From an uncultured archaeon (GTDB taxonomy: Archaea > Asgardarchaeota > Heimdallarchaeia > Heimdallarchaeales > Heimdallarchaeaceae): a DNA stretch of 14,658 bases. Positions 1 through 7,548 of this stretch are shown here, piece after piece. The notes below the pieces were generated by a model, which was not told the DNA's origin, made no database searches, and worked only from the letters and a program-made list of their open reading frames with translations. The position numbers were made by a program, and so were the translations under genes. How positions within the stretch are numbered: position 1 is the first letter of the stretch; each line of letters starts with the position of its first letter. The stretch lies in NCBI GenBank assembly GCA_964534625.1, contig CAZHRF010000055.1, positions 1 through 14,658 on the forward strand, in the 5' to 3' direction.

Positions 1-61
1 GAATATGGTAATTGTAGAGCATAATAGACTACTTTGGAAATCAATAGAAAGTATACTCTAA
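1..61 (+). CDS. Possible 3' end of a gene entering from the left (…NMVIVEHNRLLWKSIESIL*)
   Basis: Frame starting at base 2 is open from the window edge to TAA at 59-61 and is followed by T-rich sequence. Too short to assign a product. Confidence 0.3.
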   Translation, partial: NMVIVEHNRLLWKSIESIL

Positions 62-246
62 AAACTGATTTTAACTAATTTTCTTTCTAACTATCTATTG
101 TTCCATCTTTTCATAGACTTCCATCTCCATTGTGACAAATAGAAGGAAGAGTAGATAATAACTCAAACAATAAATAAATCAAATAAATTAATTCGCCTAA
201 AATTCCAATAATAGTATCCCTATGCCTTTTTGAGATATTGATTAAT

Positions 247-293
247 TAAAAAAGAAAAATAAAACAGAAAGAGACCAAAGTAGATCTCATTCT
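247..293 (-). terminator. Putative terminator of the subtilase gene
   Basis: Imperfect inverted repeat agaaagagacc (266-276) / gatctcattct (283-293), 9/11 matches, followed on the minus strand by a long T-rich tract (A-rich 248-264 on +), just downstream of the stop at 315. Confidence 0.5.
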
Positions 294-314
294 ATCTTAA
301 GATGGTTAGACTTA

Positions 315-2156
315 TTATACGGTAAGCGTTTCTGATGTTTTCACATTTAGAGTTGGATCATATGTATAATTATCCGCTTCTAAATTGGTAACTGTAGCTG
401 TATATGTACCGCTACCACCTTTTTCATATACGAAAGTGACTTGTCCATCAGAATTGGTTGTTCCTGTATAGGTTACAATACTTCCACTTGGTAATTCAAG
501 ATCAAGTGTAACTGTGACACCTGATAGTGCAATACCATCGCCATCAACTACTGTTACCCTGATTGATATGTCTTTCCATGGGCCTCTTGTTCTTGATACC
601 CACATCTCTATATTTTCGACATACATTACACCAGGATCTGTTGTTCCGCTTGTCTCAGTTGTAGCACTTGCTGGGTCGGATTTTTGTCCTTCATTACCAG
701 ACGTGTCTACCGCTGAAACTTCATAAGTATATGTAGTTCCTTCAGCTAAACCAGTATCACTATAACTTGTTGTGGTAGTTTGATCTATTTTTACACCATC
801 TCTATAGATGTTGTAATGACTGAGATCGCTTTCACTATTAGCGTCCCAAGCTAGATCAATTTGGCTTGTGGAAACTGCAGTAGCTGTTAAACCAGTTACT
901 TTAGCAGGAGGAGTTGTATCCCCATCATCTCCACCACCACTTGTACCACCAGCTGCATTGACTGCAGCTTCAGCGTCAACGATACCATAACCAAAGTATT
1001 GATCCCAACCAGAAGCACCTAAATCTTCAGCAGTTGAGGCCATAATGTCTCTTACTTGAACATTCGTTAAAGTAGGGTCAGCTGAATATACCAATGCAGC
1101 TACACCAGCAACATGAGGTGTTGCCATTGATGTACCTGATAGGGTATCATAATTTGCACTTGGGTTGAATGGTCCGCCTCCATCTAAGTAGGTAGGAGTT
1201 GTTGACATAATATCAACACCAGGAGCAACAAGTTCTAGTTCAGGTCCATAGTTACTAAATGAAGCTAATGTATCATCTTTCTCAGTCGCGCCAACGGCAA
1301 TAAATTCAGGATAAGCAGCAGGATAACCAACTGCACCACCGTCATTACCAGACGCGGCAACTAAAAGGACACCAGCAGCATAAGCATTTTCTCCAGCAGC
1401 TTGTATTACATCACTACCAGAGCTAGCCCCTAATGAGAGGGAAGCTACATGCATACCATTAGCTGCAGCCCAATCAATACCAGCTGCAACACCAGAAGCA
1501 GTACCTGAACCACGATTATCTAAAACTTTAACTCCATAAAGTAATACTTCTGGAGCAGTTCCAATTAAAGAACCAGATAAAGCATTAGGTTCATCGTCTG
1601 TGGCAGCAATAGTACCGGAACAATGTGTACCATGATAATGATCATCTAATGGGTCATCATCATCGTTTACAAAGTCATAACCACCAGCATATCTTTGAGC
1701 TAAATCAGGATGTGTATAATCGATACCTGTATCTATTACAGCTACCTTAATATTTGTTCCTGAAACATCTGTATTGATATCAAGTGCACCATCGCTTCCA
1801 CCCCATACGACATCTGCGTCGATGCGGTCAACACCCCAATCCATAGAATCTATTTGATCTATGAGGAAAACAGGAGAATCATACTCCCATGTTCTGATTA
1901 GGGGATTATTTGTTATATGCTTGAGTGCAGACCTTGGCATATATGCTGAGATACCAGGGAATGTTTGATATCTGTATGTTATTTGAGCATTAGTTTTTTC
2001 CAACAAAGCCTCATTTACTGTGCTTTCAAAGATAAGATTAACGCTTACTATTTCATCATGTGGAACAGCAGCGGCTGATCTTGTTATTGTAAAGCTCATG
2101 AAGGCAGTTGTTAGTACTAACGCCAATATTGCTATTTTAATTTTTTTGGACGTCAT
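315..2156 (-). CDS. Secreted S8 family (subtilisin-like) serine protease with propeptide, fibronectin type III domain and C-terminal Ig-like domain
   Basis: Signal peptide (MTSKKIKIAILALVL…SAAA); I9-like propeptide; catalytic motifs VAVIDTG (Asp), HGTHCSG (His), ASGN (oxyanion Asn), GTSMATPHVAG (Ser); Gly/Asp linker; FN3 (DTTPPAKVTGL…LAW…YNIYRDG…GLAEGTTYTYEVSAVD); Thr-rich beta-sandwich C-terminus. Confidence 0.97.
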   Translation of the reverse strand: MTSKKIKIAILALVLTTAFMSFTITRSAAAVPHDEIVSVNLIFESTVNEALLEKTNAQITYRYQTFPGISAYMPRSALKHITNNPLIRTWEYDSPVFLIDQIDSMDWGVDRIDADVVWGGSDGALDINTDVSGTNIKVAVIDTGIDYTHPDLAQRYAGGYDFVNDDDDPLDDHYHGTHCSGTIAATDDEPNALSGSLIGTAPEVLLYGVKVLDNRGSGTASGVAAGIDWAAANGMHVASLSLGASSGSDVIQAAGENAYAAGVLLVAASGNDGGAVGYPAAYPEFIAVGATEKDDTLASFSNYGPELELVAPGVDIMSTTPTYLDGGGPFNPSANYDTLSGTSMATPHVAGVAALVYSADPTLTNVQVRDIMASTAEDLGASGWDQYFGYGIVDAEAAVNAAGGTSGGGDDGDTTPPAKVTGLTATAVSTSQIDLAWDANSESDLSHYNIYRDGVKIDQTTTTSYSDTGLAEGTTYTYEVSAVDTSGNEGQKSDPASATTETSGTTDPGVMYVENIEMWVSRTRGPWKDISIRVTVVDGDGIALSGVTVTLDLELPSGSIVTYTGTTNSDGQVTFVYEKGGSGTYTATVTNLEADNYTYDPTLNVKTSETLTV

Positions 2157-2187
2157 GATGACATCAAATAACCATTAATCCCATCAG

Positions 2188-2195
2188 TATTTAAA
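2188..2195 (-). promoter_or_regulatory. Putative TATA box of the subtilase gene
   Basis: TTTAAATA on the minus strand about 32 nt upstream of the ATG at 2156. Confidence 0.55.
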
Positions 2196-2418
2196 TGTTG
2201 GGATTTTTTTACATATTTGCCTCATTTAATGTAAAAATATCTCATTAAAAAAAAGGTTCTGGAAAAACAGAATGGCAAATTAGCGCCTCTAATGTTGGAA
2301 TATATTCGATTTCAGTATGAGCCTTTGACAATTGGATCACTTTTGAATTTAGCCCTCTAATAAGTAATACACGGGGGAAAAATTTGCATTACACCATTTG
2401 AAGCCAAATGAGATTTCT

Positions 2419-2434
2419 TAAAAACATTTATATA
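2419..2434 (+). promoter_or_regulatory. Putative BRE/TATA promoter for 2464..2955 (and probably 2992..4146)
   Basis: A-rich element followed by TTTATATA (2427-2434), about 30 nt upstream of ATG 2464. Confidence 0.55.
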
Positions 2435-2463
2435 TAATATATTATATTATCTCATTAGATACT

Positions 2464-2955
2464 ATGATTAAAATAAAAAACAAGCTGTTTATTATTCTTG
2501 CTTTAGGTTTAGTAACCTTTGGGGCTACGAGATTATTACGGGCATTGCCTATAACTGACAGTGCCAGTACTAGTTCTGAACCCAGTCCGCTCACACTTCA
2601 TCTTTATAATGGTTCCTATGGTGACTTTGATGGGGATGGCGAAGAAGATGATCTTGACGTTTATCTTGATATTATAATCAATTCTGATAAAATCAGGAAA
2701 AATTTTATGGTATACTTACACGTATACGTTCCTAATGGCGATGTCTATGCGCATAGTTTTCTATGTAACACCATTCACAATGACAATACGTTCTACTTGA
2801 ATTTCATAGATCACGCATATGCTTCAGGTGATTTTACTATAACTGCTGAAATTAACCTTTTCAGTCAAGGAGTATATTATGATGAAACGGAGATAACTTT
2901 TGATCCTCCAACAGAAAAGACTCCTGATGATGAGCCTTATATGACTGTTAGCTAA
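2464..2955 (+). CDS. Secreted or membrane-anchored hypothetical protein with DxDxDG Ca2+-binding-like loop
   Basis: 163-aa ORF; basic N-terminus plus hydrophobic stretch; DFDGDGEEDD motif; beta-strand-like alternating pattern; acidic Pro-rich tail. Confidence 0.85.
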   Translation: MIKIKNKLFIILALGLVTFGATRLLRALPITDSASTSSEPSPLTLHLYNGSYGDFDGDGEEDDLDVYLDIIINSDKIRKNFMVYLHVYVPNGDVYAHSFLCNTIHNDNTFYLNFIDHAYASGDFTITAEINLFSQGVYYDETEITFDPPTEKTPDDEPYMTVS

Positions 2956-2991
2956 TCTATCACTTGTCTTTTTAGGGGTTGCTTGTATACC

Positions 2992-4146
2992 ATGACTAAA
3001 TCAGTATTAAGTAAGGACGAGTATAATTTATTGCTTATTCTACAGTCCAATCCAACTATTAAAAATACTGATATCGCTAAAGAATTAAATGTTAGCAATC
3101 CCACCGTCACAAGAAAAATAAATAAACTCAAACAAAAAGATCTTTTTACAGGAATTTATGCTCAATATCAACCTTTGAGGTTGGGATTATCTCGCCATGT
3201 ATTCGTCTTTTATTTACATCATTCATCTCAGTTTACTATTATTGAAAAAATTCTAGATAACCACCCTTATACAGTCCATAGATCGCGTATATATTCGCCC
3301 TTTTTAGCCATTTATTGCCAATTCCATTACCCTAAAGGCAATCCTTCTCTCCTCTATGAATTTATAAATAAATTGGAAGATTTAGATATCATCAAAAATA
3401 GTTCAAGGTACATTTCTACAGGGATCGAAAAAAGCCTTTCGCTTTCTCTAGAACGTATGTCAGTAGATGAATTACACTTTACGTATGATTGGAATGAATT
3501 GAATGAAAAATTTAGGAAAGCAGAATCTACTAAGCCAGATATTTCCCATCACTTACTTTTAGATGAAATGCAATATGAAGATTTTGAAATTCTCAGAATA
3601 CTTACTCATACGCATTCTAACCTCAAACAGCGGGATATCTGTAAAAGGTTAGGGTATGACCGCACAAAGGTTTGGAGGAGATTTCATTTTCTAGAAGATA
3701 AAATACTAACAGGATATAAAGCATCCATCAACCGCAAATTCTTTAATATAACTAGTAATAAAATTATTCTACTTCACTTTCAAGAGAATAAAGACCTCTA
3801 TAAAACCTTCAATCTTCTTACAGATGAAGAAGTTCGTCCACCCTTTCGATACTTTGTAGAAATCATTACAGACGAACATAATGAAAAATGGTTACTGTTA
3901 TATATTTCACTCCCGCAATATCATGATGCCCAATTATTTTATTTCTTATATGATATTTCAACCGATATTCGCGTATATAATATAGATACCATTGGAGACC
4001 ATGCTGTGCGTTACGCATTCTACGAAAAAAACTACAATGCTGAAACAAAAAACTGGATTGTTAATAAAAACTATGTTGTTGAAGATCCAATAAATAATGC
4101 ATTATCGGAGTATGAGGGAGAGAACGCAAAAGATCAATTGATTTGA
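2992..4146 (+). CDS. Winged-helix transcriptional regulator, tandem Lrp/AsnC-like (two HTH modules)
   Basis: HTH 1: EYNLLLILQSNPTIKNTDIAKELNVSNPTVTRKINKL…RLGL; HTH 2: EDFEILRIL…LKQRDICKRLGYDRTKVWRRFHFL. ATG at 2992 preferred over the TTG at 2983 used in the ORF track. Confidence 0.88.
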   Translation: MTKSVLSKDEYNLLLILQSNPTIKNTDIAKELNVSNPTVTRKINKLKQKDLFTGIYAQYQPLRLGLSRHVFVFYLHHSSQFTIIEKILDNHPYTVHRSRIYSPFLAIYCQFHYPKGNPSLLYEFINKLEDLDIIKNSSRYISTGIEKSLSLSLERMSVDELHFTYDWNELNEKFRKAESTKPDISHHLLLDEMQYEDFEILRILTHTHSNLKQRDICKRLGYDRTKVWRRFHFLEDKILTGYKASINRKFFNITSNKIILLHFQENKDLYKTFNLLTDEEVRPPFRYFVEIITDEHNEKWLLLYISLPQYHDAQLFYFLYDISTDIRVYNIDTIGDHAVRYAFYEKNYNAETKNWIVNKNYVVEDPINNALSEYEGENAKDQLI

Positions 4147-4258
4147 AATAGTTAAAATAAAGTTAGGTTTTTTTTATTCTTAGTTGATTCTAACCAACTT
4201 TTCCAAATCAATGATTATGAAAATAGTGTTTTGGAAGGTATTTTTCATCATTCATCAT

Positions 4259-5053
4259 TTATTTTGTCAGCAGTTCAGGATGAACAAATTGCATAGCTTC
4301 TTCTATTTCACTTTTTGATGGATTAATACCCAAGAATGTAATTATTTTATCTAGTTCATTTCTTGTATTACTAACCAGTTCTTCCAAATTAATTTCGATA
4401 TATTGTTTATTTTGGAGAAACAGTTCTATTCTGTTGTGTCCTGTTTTAACAACATCTAAATAAAAATCATCCTCATAGATTTTCTTAGTCTTTGTAAAAA
4501 ATAGTTTTATAGCTCTAACAAGTAACCCCATTCTGTTTTTAAATGAAAATAAAGGAAACTTTTCTTTCATTTCAGGAAACCAATTGTTACTCTCAAAAGT
4601 TTTCCGCAAAGAGATGGCAGTTTTTGTAGGATCTCTCTTAAGATGAATATATTTAGGATTGTAAAACAAGTATTCAATATAAGGCATGATATAAATAATT
4701 GCTGCGTCTTTGAATCCCCAAATAGTGTTATTCGCATTTCTCTTCTTGATAATTTTAGCTATCTTTTTTCTATATCTTGTATTAACTATAGTTTCCAACA
4801 GTTCTTCATTAATATCTATTCTATTATTGAAATCCAAAGACATTTTAGCTTCATATAGAATATTAAGATTTACACCTAAGAATTGTTGATCTTCGTAACA
4901 GCCTAAAGCATTAAGATGTTTGCCTAAAACCATATTTTTGTCATTCCCCATGCTTACTCCCAGTCGGTGTAGGATCCCAGCTAATAGAGATGAACCACTC
5001 CTAGGCATAGTTAATGGGATGACAGTTACAGTTTGAATCTCTTGAGTAGTCAT
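4259..5053 (-). CDS. Sulfotransferase family protein (PAPS-dependent type)
   Basis: 5'-PSB loop MPRSGSSLL, N..G.YED motif, WGFKD, 3'-PB motif IHLKRDP…S, and C-terminal INLEELV…FLG pattern. Confidence 0.88.
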   Translation of the reverse strand: MTTQEIQTVTVIPLTMPRSGSSLLAGILHRLGVSMGNDKNMVLGKHLNALGCYEDQQFLGVNLNILYEAKMSLDFNNRIDINEELLETIVNTRYRKKIAKIIKKRNANNTIWGFKDAAIIYIMPYIEYLFYNPKYIHLKRDPTKTAISLRKTFESNNWFPEMKEKFPLFSFKNRMGLLVRAIKLFFTKTKKIYEDDFYLDVVKTGHNRIELFLQNKQYIEINLEELVSNTRNELDKIITFLGINPSKSEIEEAMQFVHPELLTK

Positions 5054-5330
5054 AGAGTAATCATAGGTATGATTTACTTATTTACTATTTAATCTTTTCA
5101 ACAACACCAACAAAATCATGCGAGTTATGGAAAAATGCTTTTAGATACTGATTTTCTAATTTCTGTACTAAAAAAGAAACCATTAGTACTAAAAAAATCT
5201 TACACAGTTACAATTCATCAGCAAAATAGTTTAAAATTCGTGTAGATATCTTTTTTCAGCCATTAATTGAGTCGATTTAAACCCCTAATTTATTTTCATC
5301 CAATCTTTAACTTCTTTATTTTTCTTTTTT

Positions 5331-5498
5331 GTGATATTTTTTACTTTTCTCAAAAACCGATTAATCCCCCTTACAAAGTTACCCGCCAATGCTATTATGG
5401 ATATCATTGCAAAAAGAGACATTGAACCACCTATCCCAGAGGAAATTGATGATTATACTAAATCTGTTGCAGATAGATTAGTACAAAAATTGTCTTGA
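5331..5498 (+). CDS. Candidate small protein (55 aa from GTG 5331 or 33 aa from ATG 5397) or remnant of a longer gene
   Basis: Hand translation: (V)IFFTFLKNRLIPLTKLPANAIMDIIAKRDIEPPIPEEIDDYTKSVADRLVQKLS*, protein-like composition, below the ORF-track cutoff. Same frame reopens after the TGA. Confidence 0.35.
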   Translation: MIFFTFLKNRLIPLTKLPANAIMDIIAKRDIEPPIPEEIDDYTKSVADRLVQKLS

Positions 5499-5724
5499 TA
5501 TATTAGAAAGATGAATCTATTTCAAAGTTGATATGTTAATTGGTATAAAAGGACAGAAACTATTTTGATGAAACATAAAGATGAGCTTCAGATTTCATCC
5601 GTAGTCAAATCAAATAAATTTAATCCGATGTCTTTTATACATCGAATATGTCAAGATTTAACCATTTTAACCAGAAATATTAAGCCTTTTGAAAAAGACA
5701 GGAGTATGATATATACTTTTTAAT

Positions 5725-7548
5725 CTAATCGACAACACCATTTATCAATTCTTTTGAATAAAGGTTTCGCATATTTTCTGATCGTTCAAGTAATTCATCT
5801 AGTGTCCCTATGTCTTCAATCTGACCTTCATTCATCAATATAATTTGATTTGCTTGTTTCAAAACTGAAGCCCGATGAGAAACAATTAGTAAGGTTTTAT
5901 CACCTTTATCTGAAAAAAGTCTATTCCACATTATTTGTTCGGTTTCTACATCCAATGCACTGGATAAATCGTCAAATACTAGTAATTCCGGCTGTTTAAC
6001 GAACATTCTTGCAGCTGCAACTCGACTTCTCTGACCGCCAGATAAATTGACCCCCTTAGTTCCTAATAATGTATCCAGACCATCTTTAAGCTTTTTTGCA
6101 TCGGTTTCAAATACAGCATGGAATATTGCTTGTTCTATATCTTGTTCTTCTACAGGATAGCCTTGAGATATATTTTCTTTTATTGTTGTTGAGAGAAGAT
6201 AGGGAACTTGGGGAGTATAAGCAACACGAGGGGGGGTAAAGAAATCTTTTGGACGCTCTATTATCTTTTTATTCCAAAGCAAGTCTCCTTCCTGTTGATC
6301 AAGGAGACCTATAACGGATTTTAGTACTGTAGATTTACCGGTACCAATTTTTCCAGTCAAAACAGTAATTGTATTGGCTTTAATTTTGAAATTTATATTT
6401 TTTATACTTGTATTCTCATTATTGTTATATCTATAACTAAGATTTCTTACTTCAAAGGTGTCTAGAATATCATCTCTGGTTTTTATTAATCCTTTTATTT
6501 CTGGTTTTGATTGGTTTAGATATATTTTTCCATGTTCTACTAATCTTTGAGGGGAGACAGCTTCTTTACTGTGTGTAATTAACCTATGCAATCGTCCAAA
6601 GGCTATTTTTGTTCTAATTGTCTGAGGAATTACATTCGCTAAGTTCCAGATATAATTTCCAACGCTGTTAAGCACTGTGATGAAGAATGCCAAATCCCCC
6701 GGAGAAAACACTCCTTCCGCCATTGAACTTGACACTAAAATTAGTACAATACCTATACCCAGTACAATTACTGTATGATAAAAAGCATGCATAACTTCCA
6801 TAATTACGCTATCTTTAACAGCTGCTTGTCTCCTGGTTTCATTAAGACTTTTCAAATTAGTTAATATGTCTTGTTCAGCGTTAACCACCTTAATAGCTTG
6901 AACTGAATGAAAAATCTCACCTATTGCACCTGTTACCTCTCCAGCGGCTTTTCTATTTGCTTTATTATATTTTGTTATGGCCTTTCTGACACTTAATATA
7001 ACTATGATAGCTATTACAAACGGTATAGTAGCATAAGTAGTAACAGAAGGATTAATTGTATACATGATGAATAAAGAGATGAACAAATATATAGTAGTAA
7101 CAAACCGCATAAAAAGATAATACGGGAACCACGTTATAGTATGTATATCTCCTCTAAATCTCGATATTGCATCCCCAGTTGACTCGGGCAAACTTTCCGC
7201 CCCTGGTGCGTCCAATATCTGTTCTAAAGTATTCTTACTCAGAAGGATTTGAAGCTGCCAATTAAACATCCTAACAGTATAAAGAAAAACATAATCGCCT
7301 AAGATTCTAAAAAAGGCTGTCAAAGGAATAATAGATACTAATATCCAGACATTTAATCCAGGGATTGGTGGTGATCCTTGAAGGGTATTAAAAATTTCTC
7401 TGATCAATAGAGAAGTAATAATGGGAGCAAAGAAAAAGAAAAAGTCACTTAAGCCACCTAAGATCAACAACCAGGGCTTATAAAGAAACAACTTTAAACT
7501 GAGTTGCATAGGCTTAATATTTTTCATTTCAACATCCTCTACTGTCAT
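5725..7548 (-). CDS. ABC exporter half-transporter (TMD-NBD), subunit with non-canonical Walker B
   Basis: N-terminal TM helices; Walker A GKIGTGKST; Q-loop YTPQ; signature LSGGQ; Walker B LLVFDD (Asp instead of catalytic Glu); D-loop SALD; H-switch VSHR. Confidence 0.95.
   Translation of the reverse strand: MTVEDVEMKNIKPMQLSLKLFLYKPWLLILGGLSDFFFFFAPIITSLLIREIFNTLQGSPPIPGLNVWILVSIIPLTAFFRILGDYVFLYTVRMFNWQLQILLSKNTLEQILDAPGAESLPESTGDAISRFRGDIHTITWFPYYLFMRFVTTIYLFISLFIMYTINPSVTTYATIPFVIAIIVILSVRKAITKYNKANRKAAGEVTGAIGEIFHSVQAIKVVNAEQDILTNLKSLNETRRQAAVKDSVIMEVMHAFYHTVIVLGIGIVLILVSSSMAEGVFSPGDLAFFITVLNSVGNYIWNLANVIPQTIRTKIAFGRLHRLITHSKEAVSPQRLVEHGKIYLNQSKPEIKGLIKTRDDILDTFEVRNLSYRYNNNENTSIKNINFKIKANTITVLTGKIGTGKSTVLKSVIGLLDQQEGDLLWNKKIIERPKDFFTPPRVAYTPQVPYLLSTTIKENISQGYPVEEQDIEQAIFHAVFETDAKKLKDGLDTLLGTKGVNLSGGQRSRVAAARMFVKQPELLVFDDLSSALDVETEQIMWNRLFSDKGDKTLLIVSHRASVLKQANQIILMNEGQIEDIGTLDELLERSENMRNLYSKELINGVVD

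Noticed and set aside
514-726. 70-aa + strand ORF
   Set aside because: Antisense shadow of the subtilase FN3/Ig region.
2432-2447. Perfect 16-bp palindrome atataatatattatat
   Set aside because: Purely A/T and adjoining the TATA box; too little information to call separately.
3866-4048. 60-aa - strand ORF
   Set aside because: Entirely antisense to the regulator; no recognisable features.
4643-4858. 71-aa + strand ORF
   Set aside because: Antisense shadow within the sulfotransferase.
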